Assembly (NCBI GenBank): GCA_048939995.1 | Contig: JBHLOY010000009.1 | Coordinates: 21,456-85,455 of the forward strand | DNA from: Promethearchaeota archaeon | GTDB taxonomy: Archaea; Asgardarchaeota; Lokiarchaeia; Sigyniarchaeales; SOKP01 | Length of the DNA: 64,000 bases | Reading direction: 5' to 3' | Shown here: positions 55,348 through 64,000 of the stretch, one piece after another | Layout: every line of letters begins with the position of its first letter | Position numbering within the stretch: the first letter of the stretch is position 1 | Notes under the pieces: generated by a model | What the model was told of the DNA's origin: nothing | Seen by the model: only the letters and a program-made list of their open reading frames with translations | Databases searched by the model: none | Program-made: the position numbers and the translations under genes

Positions 55348-56856
55348 TCAATTTGCTGCTATTCTTTTAGGGAATTTTGTCTGAGCCTTTAAATTCTGTT
55401 GAAGAAGTGTGTTGATCAATTTAAATCTTTCATCTCTAAAAGCGCGGTTTTCCCATAGATTATTAAGCTCATAAGGATCATTTTTTCGGTCATATATATC
55501 CCCATAATCAAGGCCCTCATATACAGTCAATTTGTAATGTTCAGTTACTAAATGCCTTAACCGAGCTTCAAGTGGACCTACTTCTTCATCATTTTCAATA
55601 AAAATACATGTTCTCACTCTTTCTCTGGGATTCATTAAAATGGGTGAAATATCAAAACCTTGCATGTCAGATGGATGATATCGACTATGTATACCCAATA
55701 AATTTAGAATAGTTTTTGGATAATCAATAGAACTTACCAAAGAGTTCGAAATTCCTGATTTTAGATATCCAGGTACTTTCCAGATCAATGGAAGTTGCAA
55801 TACACCGTTGAATGGGCATGGTCCTTTAAAGAGTAGGCCGTGTTCGCCCATTAAGTCACCATGATCACTCATGAATACTATAATGGTATTCTTTGAATAG
55901 CCTAGTTTATCCAACGCTGCAACTATTTGCCCTATACTATAATCAACATAGGATATTGCCGCATAAGTTAAAGCCGTCATCTTTTGAACTTCTTCTTTAC
56001 TTGACTCCCGTAAAAAGGCTTTTTTAAATGGTGGATTCTTTAAATGAGTGCCTAAAAATTTATGTTTATACAGATTTTGGATATCTGTAAAATTTGGAGG
56101 AAGTTCGATGTCATCAGGATCATACATATTTTGGAATCGTTCAGGAGGATATATAGGATAATGAGGATCTGGAAAGGAACAATGCAGATAAAAAGGTTTA
56201 TTCCCATATTCTCCTCTCGCATGTCTCTCTAAAAATGCAATTGTTCTTTCTTTCACATATGTAGTGTTATATAATTCTTCTGGTATCTTCTCACAGAAAA
56301 GCCTGAAAAGATTGTCGTAATTTTTTACTTTTTTTCTCATTTTTTCTGCTTCATGCGGAGATCTCTCTTCTAACCACTCTAAATAATGACCAGTACATAA
56401 AGATCCATTTCCCGAAATTAGTTCTACCTCTTTATAACCATAATAATCTAAAGGAAATGTGTTTGAAGTTGTTTTATAGTCTGCCCACTCATCTATGCTT
56501 TCAACTGACCTAGATTTATGCTTAAATGCCCCAAACCAAAATTGATGGTGAATTTTTCCGATAGCTGCTGTATGCCACCCTCTCTTTTTCAGTGTTTGAA
56601 TAATAGTGGGAATCTCTGGTCTTAAATTAATTCCATTACTCCTAACACCATGTACGTTAGGGTAAACCCCCGTAATCAGTGTAGCTCGATTAGGCATACA
56701 AATTGGATTAGTACAAAAGTGATTAGTAAACTGAACTCCTTCCTTAGCTAATCTATCCAGATTTGGGGTTTTTATAATTGGGTTTCCTGCATACCCTAAA
56801 TGATCAGCTCTTTGAGCATCTGTTATAATGAATAACACATTCATTTTGTCACTCAT
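55348..56856 (-). CDS. Type I (formylglycine-dependent) sulfatase, Cys-type, cytoplasmic
   Basis: 'LFIITDAQRADHLG' and the sulfatase signature 'CMPNRATLITG' (CxPxR...TG). No signal peptide. Confidence 0.85.
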   Translation of the reverse strand: MSDKMNVLFIITDAQRADHLGYAGNPIIKTPNLDRLAKEGVQFTNHFCTNPICMPNRATLITGVYPNVHGVRSNGINLRPEIPTIIQTLKKRGWHTAAIGKIHHQFWFGAFKHKSRSVESIDEWADYKTTSNTFPLDYYGYKEVELISGNGSLCTGHYLEWLEERSPHEAEKMRKKVKNYDNLFRLFCEKIPEELYNTTYVKERTIAFLERHARGEYGNKPFYLHCSFPDPHYPIYPPERFQNMYDPDDIELPPNFTDIQNLYKHKFLGTHLKNPPFKKAFLRESSKEEVQKMTALTYAAISYVDYSIGQIVAALDKLGYSKNTIIVFMSDHGDLMGEHGLLFKGPCPFNGVLQLPLIWKVPGYLKSGISNSLVSSIDYPKTILNLLGIHSRYHPSDMQGFDISPILMNPRERVRTCIFIENDEEVGPLEARLRHLVTEHYKLTVYEGLDYGDIYDRKNDPYELNNLWENRAFRDERFKLINTLLQQNLKAQTKFPKRIAAN

Positions 56857-56933
56857 TATTATTACTTCGATTAATTAAAATAAATAACTTACTTAAAGTA
56901 AAAAAAAAAGATGGAAGAAAAATATCAAACTTT

Positions 56934-59174
56934 CTAAATGACTGGCTGAAATATTTTTTTCTCTATTAAGTTAAAAATAGCCTCTATATCCTTCGAATCA
57001 TACTGCTTAGTTTCCATAATATGGGTCGTGTAGAAATAATTTTGTTTATTTCTTTTCATAACTTCTAAAGCACGACCAATAATTGTTCGTTCTACTTGGT
57101 CTACTTTATGTTTTCCAGTTTTAACGACTTTTAATGGATATAAAAAGGAAATATTCAAATGTTTCTTAAGCAAGTCTTCAATACCCTTAAATGGGTCAAT
57201 ATTTCCCTTAAATTTTTCAAGGTATCGGCCATAGTATAATTCAATATCAAAAGCTAACTGATTTATTGAATCGAGGAATTTTTCTGAGGGTAATTGGTTC
57301 ATAATTAGAACTATTCGAAAGTCTCTGAATTCAGACATTATCACTTTGGAATTTTTGAATTCAAGTTTGATTGTTTGCGTTTTTTCATCTGTATTTGTCA
57401 ATTCTATTCCAAAAGAATGAATTGCTGATAAAAATCCTGTTATAAGAGTAGGATCAATTTTTTGGGATGTAAATACTTGTTCATATACATTTAATGATGA
57501 TTTTTTTTCAGCAATCATAATATATTTTAGGTTTAAAATGTCCATACACTTATTAATAATTTCCTCTTTCTTTGTCATGACTTTCCTCTTATGCCGTTTA
57601 GCAACAATAATAATAGAGATTGTAACTCCGCTAAAAACTGCAACTCCTAAAATAATAAGAAATAAACTCAACGGATCTATTGTAAATGGAACCGTAATAG
57701 TAAAAGTAGCAGTTTCAACTCCAGCATTTAATCCATTAAAAAAATATATATATGCATAATAACTGCCATCTAGAGGGTAAGCAGGGATATTATAAGCAAG
57801 AATGTTAGCATCTGAAGGAAGTGAAATTGTTTGACGGGAGACTTCGTAATAATCAGGACGATATAGTACAAAAGTATAGTTACCTGGCGTTACAGGAGTA
57901 TCAATTGAAAATCTCAATTCTTGACCCGGTCCATACTCAGTTAGGCGTATATCTAGATCAAAATTAAATCTAGGAGAGTTGGCTGATATTAACCATTCTG
58001 CTCCATCAATTATAACTCCATTATAAATAAACAATGTATTTTGGGTTGAATTGTCAAATATTAAAGAGCTGATATTGACATTATTTCTATAAACGGTCAA
58101 ATTATTCCAATTAGAGGGATAAACAAATTTAATAAAATAATTCTCATATACTTCATTAAAAGAAGGCGTTATATTCCATAGATTATCCCTATTGGTTTCA
58201 ATTGAAACAGATCCAGTACAAATAAACCCACTTTTTATATTTAAATAATAATTAAGACTGAAATTTAATTGTATATTGAGATGATTTTTAATTTCAATAT
58301 TCAAACTGTCTGTTTCTGTCGCCCAATTTAGTCCAGTTAAAGCTAATTCTCCAGAATTAGGAATACTAGAGTTTAAAATAGGATAATCTAAACCATTAAT
58401 TACCGCTGTCATATTTAATTCTTCGGGATTATAGCTTTTATTTACTTTCTGAGCTAATTTGTATAGATATGGTTCACTTTGCGTTCCTGGTAGCCAATTA
58501 GAAGTATATTCTGCGGCGTAAAGTGTTGGATCCTTGGGATCAACTCCATTGTAAGCCCAATAATATTCTGTATCTCCACTTACAATTCCGAACATAACTA
58601 AATAATAGTTTCCACTTTCTAGAGTTACTCGAGAATTAAAGTTTTGATAATACCAACCGGGTACTGAAGAAACATTGATATCTGTAAATGCATAAATTGT
58701 ATCATTAGGTTTATGATCAACACTATCAAAACCTCTAATTTGAACTTGAATGACTTGGGTTGTGGTTTCAGGCTTGTATGCATAAATATCAACCCCGAAT
58801 ATGGTAGTAGTCTCATTTAGTTTTATTTGAACTCCGAGTCCATGTCTCCTTTTAGAAGGGGTATCATAATAAATCCGACCATATGTCCCTTGAGCTTGAT
58901 CCTCAATTATTTTTAGCTCGCGTTCCAACTTTATGTTTGAAAAATTAAGATGCAAATTAGTTATATTCCAATTATTTGAAGGTAGGGAAATTTCGACTGT
59001 GCTTACATTTTCATTGCTGCCACTTTTTTCAGCATATTCTTCAAATAAGAAGTTAGAGGCCGCTATTAAGTGTTCACCACTTACTTGAGCTTCAACAAAT
59101 TCGAATTGAAAAACGAATCCTAAAAATAACATTACAAAAAGGGAATTAATGAGTAGATAATTCTTTACTTTCAT
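56934..59174 (-). CDS. Receptor-like single-pass membrane protein, paralog 4
   Basis: Colinear with the other three paralogs. Tail motifs 'DILNLKYIMI', 'LITGFLSAIHSFG' and 'LYPLKV'. Signal peptide ending ...VEAQ. Confidence 0.8.
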   Translation of the reverse strand: MKVKNYLLINSLFVMLFLGFVFQFEFVEAQVSGEHLIAASNFLFEEYAEKSGSNENVSTVEISLPSNNWNITNLHLNFSNIKLERELKIIEDQAQGTYGRIYYDTPSKRRHGLGVQIKLNETTTIFGVDIYAYKPETTTQVIQVQIRGFDSVDHKPNDTIYAFTDINVSSVPGWYYQNFNSRVTLESGNYYLVMFGIVSGDTEYYWAYNGVDPKDPTLYAAEYTSNWLPGTQSEPYLYKLAQKVNKSYNPEELNMTAVINGLDYPILNSSIPNSGELALTGLNWATETDSLNIEIKNHLNIQLNFSLNYYLNIKSGFICTGSVSIETNRDNLWNITPSFNEVYENYFIKFVYPSNWNNLTVYRNNVNISSLIFDNSTQNTLFIYNGVIIDGAEWLISANSPRFNFDLDIRLTEYGPGQELRFSIDTPVTPGNYTFVLYRPDYYEVSRQTISLPSDANILAYNIPAYPLDGSYYAYIYFFNGLNAGVETATFTITVPFTIDPLSLFLIILGVAVFSGVTISIIIVAKRHKRKVMTKKEEIINKCMDILNLKYIMIAEKKSSLNVYEQVFTSQKIDPTLITGFLSAIHSFGIELTNTDEKTQTIKLEFKNSKVIMSEFRDFRIVLIMNQLPSEKFLDSINQLAFDIELYYGRYLEKFKGNIDPFKGIEDLLKKHLNISFLYPLKVVKTGKHKVDQVERTIIGRALEVMKRNKQNYFYTTHIMETKQYDSKDIEAIFNLIEKKIFQPVI

Positions 59175-59321
59175 AAACTAAATACCAAAAACCTTAGTTT
59201 TAATACCCGACTCCTTTTAAAATATATAATAGCACACTTATATAAACTATTTGATAAGGTTTTAATATGAATTAGAATGTCATAAATAACATTTTAAACA
59301 AAAAAAAGAAGAAGTCGTAGT

Positions 59322-59897
59322 TTATTTTTTTAATTTTTTAATTACATAGGCAATATTTTTAGCTAGATTTTTAAAAGTTTCCATCCCTTCTTCGTCATTT
59401 AAGACTTCTCCTGGTTTTTTTCCAATAGCCATATTCCAATAAGTACTTCCTACCACTATCATTTCTTTAATGAGGAAAAAGAAGTTTATGCTAGAGAAAA
59501 CATGATTAGCACCAGCTCGTCTGACGGCTACAACAGCTGCACCCACTTTATTCTTTAGATTTCTACCGGTAGCATAACCCGCACGTTCTATTAAAGCTTT
59601 AGTGCTGGTTGTCATATTAGAAAAATAGGTTGGAGATCCAATTATTATTCCATCAGCTTCAAGCATTTTTTGGATATAATCATTCATTTTATCTCCAGGT
59701 AAGACACATTTTTGATCATTATTATCAATACATTTTAAACATGCAGTACATCCTTGTAACTTTTCCATTCCGATCCACACATAATCACATTCTATACCTT
59801 CTTCTTCGAGAGTTTCCATAAGAATACTCAAACAATGATAGGTATTTCCTTCTTTTCGAGGACTTCCATTAAAAAGTACAACCTTCATGATACTCAA
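59322..59897 (-). CDS. Iron-sulfur flavoprotein (Isf-like flavodoxin-fold FMN reductase)
   Basis: 'MKVVLFNGSPRKEGNT' and the compact Cys motif 'CTACLKCIDNNDQKC' (CxxCxxCx7C). Confidence 0.75.
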   Translation of the reverse strand: MSIMKVVLFNGSPRKEGNTYHCLSILMETLEEEGIECDYVWIGMEKLQGCTACLKCIDNNDQKCVLPGDKMNDYIQKMLEADGIIIGSPTYFSNMTTSTKALIERAGYATGRNLKNKVGAAVVAVRRAGANHVFSSINFFFLIKEMIVVGSTYWNMAIGKKPGEVLNDEEGMETFKNLAKNIAYVIKKLKK

Positions 59898-60007
59898 ATT
59901 ATAATAGTTTGATTAAGTAATAGAATATAATGGAATATATAAAAATTAGAATAATAACAATTTTATTCCATCATTTTTATGTTTTCTATAAAGGGAGTTA
60001 AAATCAT

Positions 60008-61240
60008 ATGAAACCCGAACTAGTTATTCCAGTGCAAAATTGGGATTCTTTAAAGGTCGTTGAAGACTGCGCCGATGCGATTTATTTTGGAGTAAAATCT
60101 TATAATATGCGCCAAAAAGCTGAAAATTTTTTACTGGAAGATTTTAAAGATGTTGTAGAATTCTGCCATGCAAGAGATCATCTTATTAAAGCTTATCTAA
60201 CGACTAATATCTTAATTTATGATTCTGAATTGCAAGAACTGGAAAATATACTAGAGCATGCAAAATTAGCGGGTATTGATGCTATTATTGTTCATGATTT
60301 GGCAGCGATAATGTTTGCAAAGAAGTATGATATAAAATTCCATATTTCTACACAAGCAAATATATCTAATACGGAGTCTGCTAAATTTTTTGAAGGATTA
60401 GGAGCTGATCGCTTAGTTTTAGCTAGAGAACTTTCATTAGAGCAGATAAAACTTATAAAACATCATTTAAACAAAGCTAAAATCGAATGTTTTGTGCATG
60501 GTTCAATGTGTAGTTCAGTATCTGGCCGTTGTTATTTATCTGCCACAATTTGTGACTCAGAAGAATATTCAGCTAATCGAGGCAATTGTGTCCAGCCGTG
60601 TAGGCGAGAATGGAGAGTATTTGATGATGAAAACCATGAATTGCTATATGATGGTCAAATGTTTTTGAATGCAAAAGATTTATGCATGATTGAATATATC
60701 CCTAATCTCATTCAAGCAAAGATTGATGCATTTAAAATAGAAGGAAGAATGAAAGATCCCCTTTATATTAGCACTGTTTCAAGTTGTTATAGAGAAGCCA
60801 TAGATAGTTATTTTAACAATAACTTCACGAAACAGAAATTAGATGATTGGATGGAAAGAATATCAAAAGTTTATAACCGTGGATTTCATACGGGATTCTA
60901 CTTTCATAAGCCTACTTTGGAAGATATTCAATTAGCGGAAAGAGGGAATATATCCCCCTATAGGAAGCATTATTTAGGGAAGATCTTGTCTTTTGATAAA
61001 ACATCTAAAACGGCAAATGTTTTATTAGAAAGCCTGGAAATACCTTTACGAACTGGAGATGAAATTATCATTATTGGGGAAAATACATACCAAATTGAAA
61101 AAATACGGAAAATGGTGTATAAAGGGGAAAAAATTAAAACTATTGTGAGAAAACGATATAGTGATCCTGTTAAAATAAATTTAAGAGTCGATAACTGTGA
61201 AGAAAATGATAAGATATATATTCTTATAAAAAATGGGTAA
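60008..61240 (+). CDS. Peptidase U32 family protein
   Basis: 'ADAIYFG', 'ISTQANISN', 'RLVLARELSLEQI', 'ECFVHGSMCSSVSGRCYLS' and 'AFKIEGRMK'. Confidence 0.85.
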   Translation: MKPELVIPVQNWDSLKVVEDCADAIYFGVKSYNMRQKAENFLLEDFKDVVEFCHARDHLIKAYLTTNILIYDSELQELENILEHAKLAGIDAIIVHDLAAIMFAKKYDIKFHISTQANISNTESAKFFEGLGADRLVLARELSLEQIKLIKHHLNKAKIECFVHGSMCSSVSGRCYLSATICDSEEYSANRGNCVQPCRREWRVFDDENHELLYDGQMFLNAKDLCMIEYIPNLIQAKIDAFKIEGRMKDPLYISTVSSCYREAIDSYFNNNFTKQKLDDWMERISKVYNRGFHTGFYFHKPTLEDIQLAERGNISPYRKHYLGKILSFDKTSKTANVLLESLEIPLRTGDEIIIIGENTYQIEKIRKMVYKGEKIKTIVRKRYSDPVKINLRVDNCEENDKIYILIKNG

Positions 61241-61324
61241 AAGTAAAATTTATATCATCTATTGAACATAGATTAATTGAATTTTTTAAGAGACTAAATA
61301 AGTTTTAGAGACTGAATAATATAA

Positions 61325-61999
61325 ATGGAGTTTGAGGAGAAAAGAAAAAATTTAGTCGACAGCTTAATAAGTCGTAAAATATTGAAGGACCCAGTTGTTA
61401 TTCAAGCAATGTTGAAGGTCCCCAGGCATGAATTTTTACCTGAAGGGGCAATATCTTCTGCTTATATAGATTCTCCACTTTCTATAGGTCTGGGACAAAC
61501 AATATCAGCCCCTCATATGAACGCAATGATGTGTGAATATCTTGAGTTAAAAGAGGGAGATAAAGTATTAGAAATAGGAACGGGTTCAGGATATCATGCT
61601 GCTTTATGTGCTGAAATTGTTAGTTCGAAGGATTCTGAAAATCCAGGTCATGTTTATACTATAGAGCGCTTAAAAGACTTAGCTGATAAAGCACGTAAAG
61701 CTCTTCATAGAAGTGGATATGGAAACAAGGTAACTGTTATATGGGGGGATGGTACATTAGGGTATCCTCAAGAAGCCCCCTATGATAAAATTTTAGTGAC
61801 CGCAGCATCACCAAAGAAAATTCCTCCTCCTTATAAGGAACAATTAAAAGATGGTGGCATTTTATGTATTCCCGCTGGATCGCGAGAATGGGGACAAAAT
61901 CTCTATATTATTCGTAGAGAAGGAGATAGTTTTGATTCTGAAAATATCACGGGAGTCAGATTTGTTAGTCTGATTGGAAGATATGGTTGGCCAGAATAA
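61325..61999 (+). CDS. pcm: Protein-L-isoaspartate O-methyltransferase
   Basis: 'VPRHEFLPE', 'GQTISAPHMNAMMCEYL', 'VLEIGTGSGYHAA' and 'YDKILVTAA'. Confidence 0.9.
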   Translation: MEFEEKRKNLVDSLISRKILKDPVVIQAMLKVPRHEFLPEGAISSAYIDSPLSIGLGQTISAPHMNAMMCEYLELKEGDKVLEIGTGSGYHAALCAEIVSSKDSENPGHVYTIERLKDLADKARKALHRSGYGNKVTVIWGDGTLGYPQEAPYDKILVTAASPKKIPPPYKEQLKDGGILCIPAGSREWGQNLYIIRREGDSFDSENITGVRFVSLIGRYGWPE

Positions 62000-62047
62000 T
62001 GAAATATTCATAATCTGGGCAGATAAGGAAAAAATTTAATTCCGAGA

Positions 62048-62057
62048 TTTTTTTTTT
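62048..62057 (+). terminator. Oligo-T archaeal-type terminator
   Basis: A 10-T run 49 nt downstream of the pcm stop. Confidence 0.35.
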
Positions 62058-62299
62058 AGTTTATCCTCTACTAATTTTTTACGGATTCTCTTTATAAATT
62101 CATTATTTTCAATATTTTGTTTAGCAGATTTGTTGGTATAATTAAAGCCATTTCGTTTGCCATTTTTGTAAAAATCCATAAAAATACCATGACAAAAAGA
62201 TATTTATTAGTTGATAATATGAGTAAAATATATTTAAACGTTGATAAATTCGACAAAATCTATCCACAAAAATACAAAAACGTAATAAAAAGAAAGATT

Positions 62300-64000
62300 T
62301 TAATATATTTTAAGATCAATATTATAAATAAAATTTTTTGAGAGTTTAAATCTCGGGATCACATTAATCCCTTGATATATTTTTTTATATCCCTCATCAG
62401 TATACACAAATGCAACTATTGGAAACTTAGCGATTCTAACCTTCTCTAAGTCTGATTTTGAGGTGCTAGAGATTTCAATTTCTAATGTGAGATTATAATT
62501 TTCATCATATGATTTAAAATGATAGCCTTCATATTCAAAAGGTTTTAAAAGTTCATTGTTTTTACCATTTGCAAATAGTACTTGATTACTTTCCCATGAA
62601 AATCCCTTAGGGTCTCCATTAAAGAAAAAGGGTATGTCTATCCCCAACTCTAATTGATCTAAGATTCTTGCCATCATATCTTCCTTCCCAGGCTTCTTTT
62701 TTAAACTTCCCATCACGCTCAATTTGAGTGAGTTTTCTTTGACTATAAGTTTCTTTGTAATCATACAAGGAAATCGCTCATCTAAAAAGATGTCCTTGAC
62801 TGAACCACTACCTTTTAATTCTAATATTACTGATTTACCATCTTTCTCATTCCTTGTGATTTTAAATTCATTATTAACAAAATCTCCGAATTCATAATAA
62901 TTATCTTTTTCGATTTGTTTCAATGGAACATTCTCATGCAGAAATCTTGTTCTAAACATACTTCTTTTAAATCGATCAACCATTACTTCTTCTTTATTAA
63001 CTTTATTAGTATCATGATATGCTTCAGGCCATCTAGTTAGGGTATTCAATATATTATACGATTTAGGTTTAAAATCGAGTTCAAAAATTGTTCCTCCATC
63101 AGAAGGGTCTACATAGAGGCTTAAAAGATCGGATTCAATAATTATATCCATTTTACTATCCTTGTTGAAATCCATTGGAAGAATAGAAATGTAATTTTTT
63201 GATATTATATTAATTTCTGAATTTACTTCATCAATTACCTTCTCAGCATTAATTAAATGTGTGTATACTGAAAAACGTAAAAACTGTAAGTAAATCCCTC
63301 CAAATAATCCATGCCAATAACTATCATTGCACTGGGCTTTATAAATCTCATCCCAAGCTTCATTTATTTTATTTTGATATTTATGTGTTTCAGTTTTCAT
63401 TAATCTATCCTCAAGTTCTATAAGTTTTTCTCGTACATACAACATTTTCTTATGCATATTGTTTGATTCAGGGTATTTTATTAAAAAAAAACGCCAAAAA
63501 CCCCCCTGTAAAAATAAGTACTCATCTTTCCTTTGAGGATCATTCCTAATAGCTTCTCTAAGGATTTCAAATCTTTTTCTTATAGGAGTTAATAATACCC
63601 ACTCCTCCATCTTATCATAACTGGCTGTTGGAAGATATACTAGATTTTTTGCAGGTACTTTTTCCATATATTCTGAAGGCGTAATAGATTTTATCCATTC
63701 ATTATTAATAACTTGTTCTAGAAAAGCTGATATGAACGGTTTGCCATTATCTCCTTCCTGATGACCTTTTCCATCCACATAACATATCTCATGCGTTGTA
63801 CCCCATACACCCATTTTTTCGGCATCAGATATTAATAATGCCATTCGATTTCCCTTTTCATCTGCCATCTTCTTTAGATATTCAATTGACAAATAAGTAG
63901 GTTTCCAAGGCGTTAAATATCTTAACTCCTCATTAATTGGGAAAACCCTTAATATCTTTCCTTCATCCTCAGTATTATAGGAATAAAATGTATCAATTTC
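62300..64000 (-). CDS. GH57 family 4-alpha-glucanotransferase/alpha-amylase (N-terminus beyond the right window edge)
   Basis: The frame is open from 64000 (EIDTFYSYNTEDEGKILRVFPINEELRYLTPWKPTYLSIEYL...), so the start at 63892 in the ORF track is internal. 'SDAEKMGVWGTTHE' corresponds to the GH57 'DGEKFGxWPGT' region. A C-terminal beta-rich domain follows. Confidence 0.75.
   Translation of the reverse strand, partial: EIDTFYSYNTEDEGKILRVFPINEELRYLTPWKPTYLSIEYLKKMADEKGNRMALLISDAEKMGVWGTTHEICYVDGKGHQEGDNGKPFISAFLEQVINNEWIKSITPSEYMEKVPAKNLVYLPTASYDKMEEWVLLTPIRKRFEILREAIRNDPQRKDEYLFLQGGFWRFFLIKYPESNNMHKKMLYVREKLIELEDRLMKTETHKYQNKINEAWDEIYKAQCNDSYWHGLFGGIYLQFLRFSVYTHLINAEKVIDEVNSEINIISKNYISILPMDFNKDSKMDIIIESDLLSLYVDPSDGGTIFELDFKPKSYNILNTLTRWPEAYHDTNKVNKEEVMVDRFKRSMFRTRFLHENVPLKQIEKDNYYEFGDFVNNEFKITRNEKDGKSVILELKGSGSVKDIFLDERFPCMITKKLIVKENSLKLSVMGSLKKKPGKEDMMARILDQLELGIDIPFFFNGDPKGFSWESNQVLFANGKNNELLKPFEYEGYHFKSYDENYNLTLEIEISSTSKSDLEKVRIAKFPIVAFVYTDEGYKKIYQGINVIPRFKLSKNFIYNIDLKIY

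Noticed and set aside
3321-59821. Nested, antisense or out-of-frame ORFs in the track inside well-supported genes. Examples: 3321..3515, 4632..4949, 4863..5072, 8894..9151, 10662..10916, 11754..12125, 19100..19315, 19548..19739, 22713..22946, 22922..23161, 23010..23258, 29012..29257, 30484..30771, 33389..33781, 34164..34376, 37023..37256, 37253..37489, 37820..38014, 38297..38524, 40096..40431, 40673..41011, 46201..46476, 46243..46605, 47418..47615, 47742..47984, 48635..48859, 49392..49652, 52234..52434, 57538..57759, 58625..58816, 59630..59821.
   Set aside because: Each lies within or opposite a longer ORF that has clear family motifs. Their translations are low-complexity or Cys/Ser/Ile-rich nonsense, typical of shadow frames in AT-rich DNA.
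62036-62179. Minus-strand 47-aa basic ORF (MDFYKNGKRNGFNYTNKSAKQNIENNEFIKRIRKKLVEDKLKKKSRN) downstream of the GH57 gene.
   Set aside because: It could be a real small protein. However, its Lys run is simply the complement of the oligo-T tract that more plausibly terminates pcm. There is no SD and no recognisable family, so I have not listed it as a feature.
62117-62341. ORF-track + strand ORF of 74 aa downstream of pcm, overlapping the 3' end of the GH57 gene.
   Set aside because: Low-complexity Lys/Ile/Asn sequence, an alternative start, an overlap with a supported gene end, and no motif.
1-64000. A search by eye for rRNA, tRNA, CRISPR arrays, transposases or integrases, prophage blocks, and long inverted or direct repeats.
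   Set aside because: I noticed no GC-rich structured islands of tRNA or rRNA size in the spacers, no regularly spaced repeats, and no recombinase-like ORFs. A manual scan cannot exclude small ncRNAs such as C/D-box sRNAs. The 'GTGATGA' strings I saw coincide with CDS starts (MSDE..., MMN...), not with C boxes.

Overview
AT-rich (about 30% GC by eye), densely coding archaeal chromosome segment with about 68 genes. I found no rRNA, tRNA, CRISPR array, integrase or transposase.

Archaeal housekeeping content:
- two geranylgeranyl-reductase paralogs and a UbiA prenyltransferase
- indolepyruvate:ferredoxin oxidoreductase IorAB
- TrmB/ArsR-type wHTH regulators
- PolX-PHP, RNase HI, PCMT and a partial GH57 glucanotransferase

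Two Rab-like small GTPases alongside this archaeal core suggest an Asgard (Lokiarchaeia-like) source. That is inference only.

The main signal is a family of four full-length paralogs of about 750 aa, all on the minus strand (19985-22258, 46793-49123, 50564-52813, 56934-59174).
- Each has a signal peptide, a large beta-rich ectodomain dense in N-glycosylation sequons, one TM helix and a conserved cytoplasmic module of about 225 aa.
- The secondary-structure pattern of that module resembles a longin/Roadblock GTPase platform followed by a winged-helix-like end.
- One paralog abuts a Rab-like GTPase tail-to-tail.
- Three lie within 12.4 kb, and two of those bracket a cassette of Cys-type sulfatase, TSUP permease and MFS transporter, next to an alkylsulfatase.
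- I propose a receptor-to-small-GTPase signalling system. This is untested.

Other notable items:
- a close homolog of eukaryotic sphingosine-1-phosphate lyase, translationally coupled to an MFS transporter
- a Staygreen (Mg-dechelatase family) homolog
- a tiny AKKKP-repeat basic peptide gene built from an 18-bp repeat
- a small ORF unit interrupted by in-frame TAA codons
- two genes whose conserved N-termini reach back only to SD-preceded ATT codons
- tandem acidic secreted paralogs with an integrin-like Ca-loop
- a three-member 'WMTHDG'/4-Cys family
- an alkyltransferase-like (PWHRV) protein next to an orphan DNA methyltransferase
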